From Podarcis melisellensis (Eukaryota), in assembly GCA_964234715.1 (NCBI GenBank), contig OZ174283.1: a stretch of DNA of 64,000 nucleotides. One strand, written 5' to 3'. Shown piece by piece: positions 23,181-37,325 of the stretch. The translations under genes and the position numbers were made by a program. The notes beneath the pieces are model-generated. The model saw nothing but the letters and a program-made list of their open reading frames with translations, was not told the DNA's origin and did not search any database. Positions within the stretch are counted from its first letter, which is position 1, and every line of letters begins with the position of its first letter.

Positions 23181-25927
23181 GCTAGGCTGGCCCCCTTCTG
23201 TGTTTTTTGTTTTGTTTGGCCACTAACTGGCTGTTGGCCCAGGATCTCTTAATAGTAAATGTTATATATTTTATTCTCCTCTTGCTGTGGTGTGTTGACC
23301 TTGAACCCTTCTCCCAAGGATAATGTGTGTTGTTTTTCAGCCCCCTGGATATGATAGGTATGCTTGCCATTGTGCACTGTGCTCCAAATCAGTGCTTGTG
23401 AGTGGCACAAGAGAATCTGAACCCTTGCCTGAAGGGATGCCTGAGAACCTGTAGAAGTGGGGCTGTTGCCGGTTGTGCCACTGGGTTTGATCAACTGGGA
23501 GATGGGGCGTGGTGACATCACTGGATATGCTGTGGTGAAGGGAGTGTGCTGGGGGCATGTTCTCACCACTGTGACTTCATTGGCTCAATCCATGTACGAG
23601 GGGCATGTCAGGGCTGGTACAGGCTCTTGTTGGTGGGCACTGGAAGTTTTTCCAGGGATGCTGTGGGGGGGGTACCTGCCATTTTTTGTTGGTTGTATGA
23701 TTTCCCCCTTCGCTCTCATGCTGAGCAAGCATAGGATATGTAGTCATTCCCTTGATGCAGTGTCAGTGTCTCCCTCCACCTCCACCCTCCTGCCGCCTTG
23801 GTGTAGCTAATGTGTAGGATTGCTCTGTTAGTTACATAAATACAATTTACAAATAGTCCAGTAGACAGCATTACTTGATTCCAGACATGAGCTAAAATTC
23901 AGCACTGGCCATACATGTTAATTTCAGTGGTGCTATCTTGGGAATATGTTGTCTTACCGTGTATTACAGATTCTAACATTTTAAGTCTAAAATCACTGCG
24001 TATAAATAAAATATGCATCTGGTAGCGCTGCAGAGATGAAGGGATTCCCCCCCCCACCCTTAAGAAACAGACAGCTAAAAGTAATTTTCTAATGCTATTC
24101 ATTATACAACACTCAGGACATGGAATATGTATCATGCACTTCTTATTGCAAGAGAGAGAAAAGCAAAGCAAAGAAAACGTTATTTTGGGTTGCATTAGCA
24201 ATAACTATTCTACATGGTACAAATATGCCCAGTTTGAGGTCTCACATTTCAATAACATTGTTAGCTTTTACATAAGGATGAACATCCTCCACTTAATGTT
24301 TGTTATTATCACATTACAGAATGCATTAAACCTGCAAAAGCCATTAGCTTCCACATGTTGGACAGTATTGCTCACATTCAAACGTATCCTGGAAATCTGC
24401 AAGTAGAACATACAAAGCATTGTGTAACATCAAGATCCCCTTTGGAAGTATAGCAAGATTTCAGTGTTGAACCAACTAGTGAGAAACACTTCCATGCATG
24501 CAAATCCACTATCCAAGTAATGACTACCCAAAGGTCTGTAGGTGCAACATTCCAAACTGGCAGAAAGGGTTTTTCATTGTATGCACTGCCATGGTCTGAT
24601 AATTGTCTACCAGTCTTTGTAGACGAAGACTTGTCTCAATAGACTCAGCAGCAGGACTGATCAGCAAATGGGCATGCAACAATCAGGGAAATTGTCAAAC
24701 ATTTAAATTTGCTTTAGTCCTTGGTCTTTTGATGTATAAAACACCAAAGTATGAATATGAATGAATATGAATAAAAAGATAAATGGATGAGTGGATAGAT
24801 GGAAAAGATGCTTCTCCCTTCTCTTACATTAAATGGGTTCTATGTGTCTCACTGTGCCTAAAATCAGGGGTCTTTTGGAGTAGTGGAAGATTAGTAGTGA
24901 AGCATACTGCTGATTCTGAGATGGGGCTCAGTCTTAACAGAGTCATTTATCTTGTATGACACTGGTCTTGTTCTCTAAGCATCTAAAGATTTCAACTTGA
25001 TGTGACTTCTAGCTAAAACACCCCTAATGTGTCCATTTGCGTCCTGCACCACAGCGGTTGCAATCTTTGCTTGCTCTTTTATTTTCCATCGTCCACCTCT
25101 GCCGATGCATTGTCTGATTGAAGATGCCGCTTAGCTAAAACAGCCATTATAGTATGAGCCTCAGCAATATCTAGCATACTGGAAAATGGATTCTGCAACA
25201 ATGCTGCTAGCACTTTAGTTTCCCCTGGGAAAGCAAAAAAGAGGCTTTAAATGACCAAAGAATAGTCAAGTTGAGGGTCACAGGGTAATTGGAAAGTCCT
25301 CTAGTGTGATTGTTCCATGGGGAGTACGGAGAGTAGCAATGGCTATTTGCATTAACTTTATTTTAAGTTCTCCAGTGTCCTTATTTCTTTAGTAACAAGG
25401 TCAAAAGTTGATTGGTAGCCAACATACTAAAATTTTACAAAACTACATACCCTTTGATGTTACCTGTAAGCATTGATTTTAAAAACCATTTCCAGGTTCC
25501 AAGAGTCCTAATGTTAGCACTTTAGGCTGCTAATGCTTTGGGTAAATATTCTGCATAAATATTCATGGGGGGAATGCAGGAGCTTAACAACCAGCAACAG
25601 CTGCAGGTTGAAGCTGAATGACATTTTGATTGGCAATTGAATCAAAGATTGGCTCCAAAGACCTATCCTCAGTTTCAGGTGTAATTGTAATGGAGCAGTG
25701 TTATTGTGGCTATTCTGTAGCATAAGTAAGCCATGCACTCTGTATATGCTTAAAATTGCTATCATTTCCTGCTCCTTCATATATTCCAAGGCTGATCTTC
25801 AACACTGATAATTAGCTCTGGGGCTAATGTCTGCTTATTCCTGGTTCATGCTACTATGCCAACCTACATTCCCCCCGAAATTTCTAGTAACAGGTTTTTG
25901 AAAAAAAATACAGGGAGTTATTCCTTA

Positions 25928-26092
25928 CTAGGCCTACTCAAAGTAGACCCATTAAAGTTAATGGCCATGGCCAACTGAGATTCCTACACTCCAGAGGGTT
26001 GGACTAGGTGACTCTTGAAGGCACCTTCCAACTCTTATGATTCTATAATTCTAGGTCCAGTAATTTCAACAGGTCTACTATGAGTAAGCCTT
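25928..26092. mobile_element. Palindromic MITE remnant interrupted by a CR1-like tail
   Basis: AGGCCTACTCAAAGTAGACC ... GGTCTACTATGAGTAAGCCT inverted arms around GAGATTCC...GTTGGACTAGGTGAC...CCTTCCAACTCTTATGATTCTAT. Confidence 0.6.
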
Positions 26093-26771
26093 GTTCGAAT
26101 GCAAGTCTGTGCCTAGCGCAACCCCGAAAAACGGTGTACCAATGGAACAGAGGTTATGCTTTAACAATGCACAGAAAAGTTCCCAATGGCATTTTCAAAA
26201 AATGAATCTTAAGTATGTTGGTCTTGTAGTAGGAATAATGTATGGTATGAATAGGGGAGAAGAGCAGGAATTTCACTGGGTGACCTTGGGCCGGTTACTG
26301 CCTCTCAGCCCAACCTACTTCATAAGGTGGTTGTGGGGATCAAATGTGGAGACAAAGAACCTTATATGCCACCTTGAGCTCCTTGGAGAAATGGTTAAGA
26401 AATAAATGCAACCAGGGTGGATCTGCTATGAAACAAGGAAGCTCAAGCTTCAGGGTCCCTAATTCCGGAAGGGGCCCAGAAGCAACTTTATCCATGCATG
26501 CATATAGCATTTCCCTAATTAACATCCCCACCCAAATAACCTGAAAACTATATGGCATAGGAAATATTTATTTGCACCAGTGACTTTGATATGTGAGATA
26601 ACCCAGTACAGCAATTTTATTCAAAATCTGAGATGTTAATCTTTTTTTTAAAAAAAAAAATGATGTGTCATTTAACAACCCTATTGAAAAAGATAACCAT
26701 TGCTGTTTGCAAAGGGGTCCCCATAACAGTTCAAGCTTCAGGGCCACCAAAATGTATACCCACCACTGAAT

Positions 26772-26814
26772 GCATCCATCCATCCATCCAATCAATCAAT
26801 CAATCAATCAATCA
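26772..26814. repeat. (CATC)n(CAAT)n tetranucleotide repeat
   Basis: Seen directly. Confidence 0.92.
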
Positions 26815-27627
26815 GGCCTCCATAAAATCTGTAAACATGCAGGAGCCTCAAGGAAGGGCTGCAGGTCCCCATGATGCCTATGAAAACCCAAGGTGAACAC
26901 GACCTGACACTTTTTGCTACTTTCATAACAGCAGTACAAGCCCTCGTGCCAGCCTACATAGTAAAGCTCACAGCATTGTCTCTTTGTCAACTGTCACTTA
27001 TTCAGCATTTCAGAAGCACATTGGTTCACTGGCTTGATCAGCCATGATAATCCTGGGGCTGATTGTGTTCTCATAGCGAACAGTATAAACCAGGCGTGGC
27101 TTTACTGTATTTGGTGATGTCAAGTGGAATCACATTGGTGCAAAACTAAAATTAGTGTAGAAGAATCCAGCTAATTATGTCCCTTCCACATTTCTGGCTC
27201 CAGCTGCCTATAAAATGTCTGACTGTTTTCTATTAGAAAACAAGCTTCATACCCTGGAGGAATAGCTAATAACCTTAAGACAGTAAAGTTAAGGGGTTGT
27301 TGTTTTTTCTAGAAAACCAGAAAAAGAAAAAGATTCAGACTCAAGCTTTTGCCTCACACCACTGTAATGAGAACTTCAAAGTTCACATCCGTTCAACCAG
27401 TTAGTCTGCATTCATCCAACACTGCCTCTTACTCTTTCTGCGTGTACACATTTCAGTTCTAGGTTGTACTGCCATAGGACTATTGAAGCATGCAACTGAC
27501 AGTTTTCTATTTCCAGCAAGATATAAAACTGAAGAATATAAGCCAGGCTAGGGGGGGGAAATGAACAGTGTACTTACTGACACAAACCCATGCAATGAAA
27601 GTTCAGTTTTGCCAAATGACACCTTAT

Positions 27628-27844
27628 NNNNNNNNNNNNNNNNNNNNNNNNNNNNNNNNNNNNNNNNNNNNNNNNNNNNNNNNNNNNNNNNNNNNNNNNN
27701 NNNNNNNNNNNNNNNNNNNNNNNNNNNNNNNNNNNNNNNNNNNNNNNNNNNNNNNNNNNNNNNNNNNNNNNNNNNNNNNNNNNNNNNNNNNNNNNNNNNN
27801 NNNNNNNNNNNNNNNNNNNNNNNNNNNNNNNNNNNNNNNNNNNN
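27628..27844. other. Assembly gap (N run)
   Basis: Run of N. Confidence 1.
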
Positions 27845-27964
27845 CATATTTGTCATGGTTATATATTTGGGTATTACCAGAATTGCATGATCATATGTCT
27901 GGAAAAGATCTCTTTCTAAAAAATCATCATCCAAATGCTTAGCCTTAAACCAAGATCCACCACA

Positions 27965-28005
<41 letters not shown>

Positions 28006-30765
28006 ATATACATACAGTTTCAGCATGCCAATGGTGTGTCATGCAGACAAGGCTTCAGATGACTGAAAAGTAATGGCAAAATGTATTCTAAACAAAGCTG
28101 GATTAAAAGCCATCAGGAACTCTACTATTAGGTATGAAGTCTTCTCCCTTACCAGTGAGAGCTGCAGTAAGAATTCCATGCCCTTGGACAAGATGCCCTC
28201 AGTGAGCTCTCCTCTTTGAGGTGCTCCCTCTTCCTCTGAGTCTACAAGACTCCACTACTCTCATTACAATCTCTTTCTCCCTGGACCAATACACACACAG
28301 CACCTGAGGTGAGCAAGTTAAAGGGAAATGAGAGGGGATGCTCCTATTTGCTCCTGTCCAAATTTGCATGATTGGAGACAGTAGATGAACATGTGGCAAT
28401 GGCAAAAAAGAAAAAGTAGGAGGACTACATGGGTCAGGAGAGCAGCACTGGGTCCCCTGCATGGATGCAGAGCCTTGGAAGGTGTCGTGATGCCGGCCCA
28501 ATTTATCCTCTTTCTTTGCCTCTGGAATCAGCTGAGACAAATTGTAAAACACCCAGGCAGAAAATGGCAGATGAGGATGGCCACTTAGGCATGGCCAAAA
28601 ATGGGGCACAAGAGGGGGACCAGATTTGCATATACTAATCTATATTTAGGAAATAATTACTATATTTTAAAGAGAAATACCATACCTCTCACCAGAGTGG
28701 GGGAGACTGTGACAAAGTAACCTGTGTGGCTGTTTAGCCTGCTATTCAGGTGCTAACCATTGGTGAGCAGCTTCAAGGCGCTTGCTCACTCCTTCTGGTT
28801 CTTTATCTTTAAGCTGGACTTGGACCCATAGGACAGCCCTTCAAAAAGAAGAGAGGACCATTCTCTGTAGAACAGGACACATGGCCGCTCCAGGGCAGAC
28901 AGGAGGCTAGTTGAAGGCTGGGAGCCCAGGACAGGTGAAGAACAGCTGGCCAGAAGAAAGAAGATGCAGGCGAAGGGTTGGGAAGAGTCAGGTTTCTTCC
29001 AGAGAATGATGGAAACCAGCAGGCCTGCAAGTCTTTACATTAGGAGCACCAGATTAGGCCACCAGCATCATTTGCCTTTCCAGGCTATGAGATCACAGGA
29101 ACGGCTCTTCAGATCCTCAGCCCTGGAGCTAGTGCTTGATCCACAGAGCTACTCATACAAGCCTTGTAGCATTCAGTACTTGCTGAACTGCCAACACTCT
29201 GTTTTGTATTTTATTCATTTTGCCTATTTATATGCCATCCACAAATCTTTATAAATTACATAAAGCCCACACCAACACAAAAAATGCAGCAGTAGAGTAC
29301 AATTCTAAGAACCCATGTTGACTTACTAAGTGGAGTATTTGCTGCCATGTAGGCAGAATAACAGTCTCCTTAATGGGAAGGTGGGTGGAGGAGCTTCCGA
29401 AACGCATCAGGATTTTGTTTCAATATATATATTGCCTTGTGGTTTTTTTTTTAAAAAAACCTGTGCTGATGGCACTCTAGCTCAGGCTTTGTTTGATCCC
29501 TGAAGGAATTTAAGTTTCAAAACAGGAGAAATGCCACTGGGTATAAGGACCTACTTGCCATTTCTGCCCAAAATGTGAAGCAGGGGGGTGCTCACCAATG
29601 TCCTTAGGTGTCTTTTGGGTAAGTAGATCCCAAAGTCACAACATAAGCCATCAGTTCTTATGCATATGTATCACTGAAACTGTGCCAGTGTCGACATAAG
29701 AGCAGTTCTGTAATTTATTTTACTGTGTTTTTGTTTTGTTTTAAAAATTTCCGTGCTGCCTTTTAAGGCAAAACCCTCCCATGATGCTTACAATACAAAA
29801 GATAAAATATTAAACCACCATATCCCATTTCCGCAATACACAATAATTTAAAACCTCCACTTAAAACATTTTACAATCCAGCAGAGCACTTGTATAAAAC
29901 TAATTAAACAACTGGAAAAAACAAGTTAGATCCACACACAACACCAAATAGCCGAAAAATTCAACCCAATATCTCAGCTAAAAAGCAGTTCAAGGCCACT
30001 TTAAAACCCAGTATGGATAATGCCATTCCTATCCCCTAGAGGGAGTTCTAGAGATATGGGACCATTAGCAATAAGGCCCTATCTCTAGAGCCCACCAGTG
30101 TGCCCAGAAGCAAGACACCTCTAGAATTAGCTGATGGTAAGGATACCACTAGAATCCTGTTTTTAATTTCATTTTAAAAAATCAATTTTGAGTTAGAAGG
30201 TTGGTGACATTTCATGGCAGAAAAGGAAGGATGCTTTGCCTATACACAGACAAAGCTAAAATTATTCAGTCCTGACATGACTCCATTATCTAGCTCCATT
30301 GTTCACCCTGTAAGAACCATGCTAAAATTTTATTATAGGTTTCCTTAGGGAATGCAATAAAATCAAGTCAAACCATCATAAAACTAATCACATATTTTAT
30401 ATGATATGGGCATCAGAATCACTTTGTGGAATATTTGCTGCTGCAAAGCAATTTGTCATTTAAGAAAAAGACAACTTTCTGCTGCGCTTAAGGATTTCAT
30501 CTGTTCAACTTTTCATGACCCATATTCAAGAGTGGGAAATAGTTCTATTGTTTTCAATTTCAAAATGCTTTATTCATCACTAGTCATGTTGCCTCCTGCT
30601 TTAGCATCAGAGACAGAACATTTTAGCAATTCTAAAGGGGTGTGTGCATGTGTTTGTGCATTTCATAGAATTGTGGAGTTGGAAAAAACCCCAAGGATCA
30701 TCCAGCCAACCCTCTGCAGTGCAGGAATCCTTGTCCTGCTTTATTCAAAGGGACATGCTCCCTAA

Positions 30766-30950
30766 TAGGGGTGGGTGAGAAATTCATTTCAGGTTATATT
30801 TAAAGGTGAATCTATCAAAGTCACACTTTCCAAAAGAATATGTGAACTGAAATATGGCCCTCTTTCAAAATTCACACTTATCCGAATTTTGCAATTTTGC
30901 AGCTCACCAACCAATGTTTACAAAAACAAAATATTTTAAGGGAAGTGTGC
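30766..30950 (+). mobile_element. AT-rich hAT-like element, left part
   Basis: Similar to 18454-18640. Confidence 0.65.
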
Positions 30951-31104
30951 TAATATAAAAGTGGGAAAAGAATACAATTTTTTTATAAATCAAGCACTGC
31001 TAGGAGATGTTTCTTTTTGCTTTCCAATGTATTTCTTATCAAGAAAATATTTGGTAAGGGGAGAGCAAATTTTTATTCTAAAAACTTGACCCAAAGAAAA
31101 AAGT

Positions 31105-31330
31105 GAGAACCATTGGCCTGGAAGATGAGCCTGCTGGATCAGATCAATTGTCTGTCTAGAATAGCATCCTGTTCTCACAGTGGCCAAAAAGAGATCTATG
31201 GGAAGCATGCAAACAGGACCTGAGTGCAACAGCGCTCTCCCCTCGCGTTGTTTTCAGCAACACACGGTCTTTGACAGTGGAGGTGGAACATATCCATTAG
31301 GGTTAGCAGCCACTGATAGCCTTATCTTCC
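31105..31330 (-). mobile_element. CR1-like 3'UTR remnant
   Basis: GAGCCTGCTGGATCAGATCAA...AGCATCCTGTTCTCACAGTGGCCA is the reverse complement of the type at 14160-15275. Confidence 0.65.
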
Positions 31331-31581
31331 ATTTTCTTGTGTGATTTCCATCACTGTAGCAGGAACTTTACAACAGAGATTCCCAGCAAATTGCTCCCTC
31401 GGTATCTCAGCTAAGAACTTTTGAAATGATCACATTTGGACTCTTTCTTTCTGGATTCATTGACAGCAGTGTGTGTGTGTGTGTGGTTCTTGGGTGTTTG
31501 TACAGCATTTAAGAGTAAAAGGTTCACCTTGCCTAGGGAAACAGACAGTACAAGTTATAATACAGAACTATTTTAATGATA

Positions 31582-32354
31582 TGTCATATCCATAACAAGT
31601 CCGCTCACCTTCCGCGATGGGTGGCTTTACAGCAGGGCATCCAGGCTCTCACCGTGATCCAGCTAGCAGGGAAAAGATTCACACACCCTCTGTGCCAGCC
31701 CTGGCTGCGTCACCCCTGCCCGGCCAATCCATGCCAGTGGGGTGTATGGCCATGGGTAATTTGAACCACAGCACGGCCAGGGGCTTCCCAATCTCATCTC
31801 TATGCCAGATCTCCACACACCCTCTTTTTAAGCTTTGGTTTGACATGACCTTGCTGTGGACAAACATCGGCCGCCTTGTTGGGGTTGGGTAGGAATTCTT
31901 CCACTTGGCAAATTGGTACTAAACGCCATTTGGTTTTTGCCTACCTTGTAGCAATCGTCACAACTTTGTAAAGTAAGGCATTGGGTAACCCTTTGTTTAA
32001 GGGAGGGGAGGTTGTAGCCTCCGCCTGCCCCTCCTCGATAAGGGTATCCTGTTAAAGGGATCCAGGAGTGTGGATTCTGTCCGAAGCCTAGGCATTGACT
32101 AGGGCCATGCCACTACCCCAATGGGGACCCCTTGGGGTGCCCCTATTTGATGTAAGTCATAGGGCTCCCCCTTCTGGTGGTTTATTCTTAGTTCAACTCC
32201 CTGCAGACGGGCTGGAGTCAAGATATAGCCTGGTTTCACCCAATGCCTAAGCCAAACTGCTCACATCTGTAACTAATAAACTTGTGGCCTGTTTTAGTCC
32301 ATAATCCGAAACACTTGTGTTGGTATGTTTATTAACTACAGGCCTTGGCACACA
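31582..32354 (+). mobile_element. Solo terminal repeat of an LTR or DIRS/Ngaro-like retroelement
   Basis: GC-richer block with retained CpG, TG...CA ends, near TSD GATA/AATA, AATAAA at 32275-32280 followed by CTTGTGGCC and a GT-rich tract. Confidence 0.5.
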
Positions 32355-33329
32355 AATACCTGTGGCCCCAAGAACCAGTAGCCCAAACTATATTTGCACT
32401 CAATCTCTCCCCTGATAAAAAAACAAGAAATGGAATTGAAATCATACGGAAGATTGTTCATTAAATGGGCCTGTGGTGCAAGATATAATGGCTCTCTAGA
32501 TTTAGCGTATCATACTTCCTCAAGATATCCATTTTTCCAGTTCTGTAATATTTTTATATTTACTATAAACATTCACCTACCAGACTGAAAATGTTATTTA
32601 CTAAACCCCATTGAAACAGGCCTATTGTGATAGCCTCCTTGAATAATTTTTGGGTAAAGTCAGGTTATTCTCACTTTGCTTCCTTTTCTTCTTTACCTCA
32701 AACAACGAACAATGCAAGCGTAACTTGTTGGCAATGATAGACGACGTCAAACATTTCTGTACCCTGAACACATTTATTTTCTGAAAGGGAATTTGCTTTC
32801 AACCACCAGTATCCATTTCTTGAAATATGAAATCCCTTATTGTGAGGACACTGTACCCTCCTGACTCATCTTATGCAACCTATTCCAGCTTATTTCCTTT
32901 ATATGCTTCAGCCCAAGTTTTATACCTTGTAATTATGTGTGTTGTTATATCAAGAATGGATGTAACTATTCATTTTGACAGTCTAATAAGGTGTGGGACC
33001 ACAAGACCCACCAAATTTATAATTTTATAGAATATTTTACCACCCTGGGTAGTCATAAATAGAAACATAGGCCACCGAAATCTACAGCTTCTTTATAAAA
33101 TTGCTCCCGGTGATGGAAAAGAAGCAGCGCTTGAAACTCTTAATATTTGTTCAGTGTACCTAACCTCTGCAAGTGCAACAATTGCTAACAATGCTTAAGA
33201 AAATAAAAAGGCGATTCAAAACTGTAATATCTGATTTTTAATCAAAGTATCATTTTTTTTCATTCCCACTCCCATTACCATTATCTCTCACCTTTCCTCT
33301 AAAGAGTTTGAGGTGTCCTGCCTTCCCCC

Positions 33330-33460
33330 CTATTTTATCCTCACAACAACCCTGTGGGGTAGGTTAGGATAAGATATTGTAAGTGGCCCAAGGACAGTGA
33401 GCTTCCTGGCTGAGTGGGGGTACGATTCTTGGTCTTCCAGCACACTAACCACTACATCAT
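33330..33460 (-). mobile_element. MIR/CORE-like SINE remnant
   Basis: TTTATCCTCACAACAACCCTGTGGGGTAGGTTAGG core on reverse strand. Confidence 0.7.
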
Positions 33461-34016
33461 GCAGTGCAATCCTGTATGTGTCTACTCAGATGTCAGCGCC
33501 GCTAAGTTCAAATAAACTTGTTTCAATGTAAGTGTGTATAGGACAGCAGCCTAAAGCAGCAGAATCTTAGACAAACACAAAATCAGGATTGTGCAAGCGT
33601 TTGCTTTTCCATCCAGTCTATTATGTTGTCTAGATTATCATCACTATCCTGCCTTTTAAGATTCAAATCCTTCAAAGGTACTGATGAGTAACATTTATAA
33701 AAAGGGCAGCTAGTGGTAGGTAGCTCTGTGGGGGGAGACTTTGAGTCTTTAAGAAGAGAACTTGGACCTCTTCAGATGTCCCAGCAGTATTCAGAGCTTT
33801 CACTGAACACACGTGTGTGGGTGTGGTTTTGCAGTGGTGGGCACCAATGACTTGTACATGAGTACATTGCAGCCATGGAAACAAATGTGCACACAATAGA
33901 TGCTGGAACAACTGAGGATATATGGCACCAAGGGGGCATCTTGAACCAAGGACTCTAGCTGCCGTTCTTCCATGTTTTGCCTCCTGCATCAACCAATTTT
34001 GTGATTGCAGTAGTTG

Positions 34017-34294
34017 CAGGACCAGCTCACCCATGAGGCAAGGTTAGGTGACCACCTCAGGCAGCAGAATCCACAGGGGCAGCAGATCCTGATGCAGATC
34101 TTTATTCAGGGCCAGCCCAACCAAGAAGCAAGGTAGGGCAACTGCCTCAGGCAGCAGGATCTACCAGGCAGCAAATCCCTATCTCAATCTTTCTTTCTCT
34201 TCTTGTTCTTGATATAGAGCTTCCCTCAACCCTTCTTCACTGGCAGGGAGCGGAGCAGGAGTCTGCCTGAGGTGTAAAAATGCCTTGGGCAGTC
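34017..34294 (+). mobile_element. hAT MITE (CAGGGCCAGCCC family), tandem or nested pair
   Basis: Two successive 5' ends at 34017 and 34107 with the same GGCAAGG..CCTCAGGCAGCAG body. Confidence 0.6.
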
Positions 34295-35951
34295 AGATCA
34301 GGTTCCATAGGGCAAGGGCACCCTCTAGGCTGTGGTACTGGCCTGAGTGCTGATACCACCACCTGACATCCTCAGCTGACCCCAATAGGCCTTGTTTTAG
34401 GTTGGTCTGACAGACTGCACAAATTCTCCCAGTATCTCCTGCCTCTGGCCTGCCAATCCCTGTTTGTCTGACCTCGAGCCCATTCATGGCTATGTCTTAG
34501 TTCACATGCCCTATTTCAGACCTAGATCCTTTGTCTGCCTGTGCCAAGCTAGGCCCCAGGCCTGCCAGAGTAGGGATCTCCTGACTGGTAATGAATATCA
34601 AAGCTCTTATCTGATAAGTCCATTATCAGAGACAACGATATCAGCAACACAACTAGGCCTTTGCCTTCTAAAAATGAATATCCAGAGACAGCTTTGAAAG
34701 TGACACTATAACATATGAGTTAAATGCAATGTCTAATTAAAATCACTCCATGATTCCACATATTGCCAAGCCAAGTTCTGACTCACTTCAGACAACATTC
34801 TACATTGCTGCCTTGAGTCTAAGCAGGAAAGGCAGAAAAAATATGGGCAGAATCAGGCAGCCAAGAAAGCAGCAGAGTTCAGAGAAAAGGGAGCCACAAG
34901 TACAAGGTGATCCTGCTGCTCAGGAAACAGTTCAAGGAGGACATGAAGGTATTGTGGACAATGCAGGATCAAAAAAGCCAAAGAGCACAGAAGGGGCATG
35001 AGGAAAGGACAGAGTTTTCTGCAGGCCTGCTTCCAAGAATTCATATGATTGCAGTAATGGACACCAAATCCATCATAATGGGCACTAAGTCTAGTGCTGC
35101 TAGTTCAAAGCTGGTAAATCCTAACAATGAGTTTTTTTATATACAGTTTGCTGATAAAACCAGATGCTGGTCAAAAGTATAGATTTGTCTCAGAAAAATA
35201 GTGTATCTTTTACTTGAAGGCTGGCTTTAACTTGTCTGATTTTATTGCATCAACTAGATCACAATTTGCTGTTAGCCAGCTTGATTCTGGCTAAGACCTC
35301 TTCTCCTAGTTTTGCAAGTAGACAATGTCTTTCTTATTTCCCAGTCCGTATTTATCGGTTGGTCCCCCTACCCTCTTTGCAGTAGAAGCTCCATTTTAAA
35401 ATCCCATTGACATATTTTTAAAGTGATAAATTAAGCAAAAACCTAGAATTTTAGAGTTGGAAAGGACCCCATGGGCCATCTTGTTCAACCGCCTGCAACA
35501 GCACTGGACCTTGGGGTCTCAAATTTCAGCAGCGCTCTGTGCAAGGCCATAATTTGGTGCCCCTCCACCTCTCATGCTCCATTCTAAATCATAGTTGTGA
35601 TGTCCCCAATGACACCCCCAAGGCTCTGCACCCAGTTCAACCAAACTGGTTGCACTTCCCTAAATCCATCTCTGCCTGCAACCCAGGAATCCTGCCCACA
35701 GCCTTTATTGTGTTTGCTCAAACCACCACTCTTCTGGGTAACAGCCAGATGCGTTGATCCATTGTGCCACAGAGACCATGGCAGTCTTTATATTAGCAAA
35801 GTCATAGATTAATCTGGAAGTAGTGTCCTAGGTAAAACCCCTAATTAAAGTAAAATTGTATTGCATTATCTAGTGGTTGTAAGGAATATAATGTTCCAAA
35901 GGCAAAGTTTTCCACCTCCTCTTCAAGAGGTAGAAAATTATCTTCTTAAAT

Positions 35952-36338
35952 TAAGGATTGGGGGCGGGCGGGCGGGCGGGCAATCCATTCAGTTTATATT
36001 TTAACGTGACCTCACCTAATCTGAATTTGCCAAACCAATAAGTGCAGTGAAACACAGCTATCCTTCAAAACTTGCACACCTCCAAACTTTGTGATGCACA
36101 AAAAATGAATATATTAGTGAAAATAATGTACAAAACTACATTACATTGTGGGGAAATGATTACAAAATGCAGGCATTAGGTAAAATTAGATATAAAAATG
36201 CATATAGTGGGACAAAATGTATATGTAAATTTTCATGTGGACCTCTTCAAAGCAAAAACAGCTCATTGAAGTGGAAATGGAGTGAACGGAATTTAAGGTT
36301 GGTAAAATGAGAAACTGTAACAGATTCATCCAGCCCTA
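35952..36338 (+). mobile_element. AT-rich hAT-like element with (GGGC)n expansion
   Basis: Similar to 18454-18888; right end CATCCAGCCCTA. Confidence 0.65.
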
Positions 36339-37325
36339 CCACAAGTTGTAGATTAAGCTCCAGTGTTGGCAGAAGCTCCATGTTTCTAGTAATACTAAAC
36401 TGACCCAGTGATTTCTTGATCAGATCATCTTTTTCTTTTCACCAACAGAATCACAATGAAGCCAGAATTATTCCTAGGCTGGGTTCACACAGGGGCAAAT
36501 AAGGAATAACCCTCCTGGTTTTGGTGGGCTTTTTTGGTTTTACACTGTTGTGTTTTGGATCTGAACACATCTCAGTAGGTTTATTTGTGTGATGAGGAGA
36601 AAAGCAGGGTTTAGTTTCCCATGTGTAATTTTCCTTGACATGTTATTTAACTGATGTCATAGGAAATAGGAATCAAATGCTAAATTTAAAGTCAAGCTAC
36701 TGCCTATATTGCCCGTTTGCCCTCCCTGTGTAAAACAGCAACAACTGGTAATCATTCTGAATGAGAGGTCAGCCTCTTGCAGTTGCTGCTTAGGTCTGCA
36801 CTCTTAATCTCATTCTTAATGCTGGCTTTGTAGCATTCAGTTTAACCTTTTAATGTACAGCACGTTGGCAAATTTACAGCTGGCAGTGTGTGCAAGCTTA
36901 ACAAACTACATTGCTGAAATGTATAGGGAAAGGGAAAGATTTAACAGCCAGGTGAGATTTCCTTCATTTTAGAATACCTTTTTTCTGGAAAAATGTTCCT
37001 CAGTCCCAGATGTGGGAGGAAAGGTTGTAGTTACACAAAAGTGAGCCAAGTATAGTTTGCAAAAGTGCAAGGTACACATCTTCATCACCTGCTACTTGCT
37101 CATTTTATGCCAAAGGCAGAACATAAGATATTGTATATGCGAAGCATATACTCTACCATTGACCTCTGGTCCTGCCCCAAAGCATTGATCCTGTGTGCTC
37201 TTTGGGTCTGATGGAAGATACTGAACTCTTTGCTTTACGTAATCAACTGACTAAAACAATGGCCTGCCATGTTCCTGTTCCTTTAAAAGTAACTGCAGGA
37301 TTCAGACGGTGTGATTGTTCATTGT

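Noticed and set aside
34750-35182. Purine-rich, coiled-coil-looking short ORFs
   Set aside because: Explained by base composition; no identifiable family.
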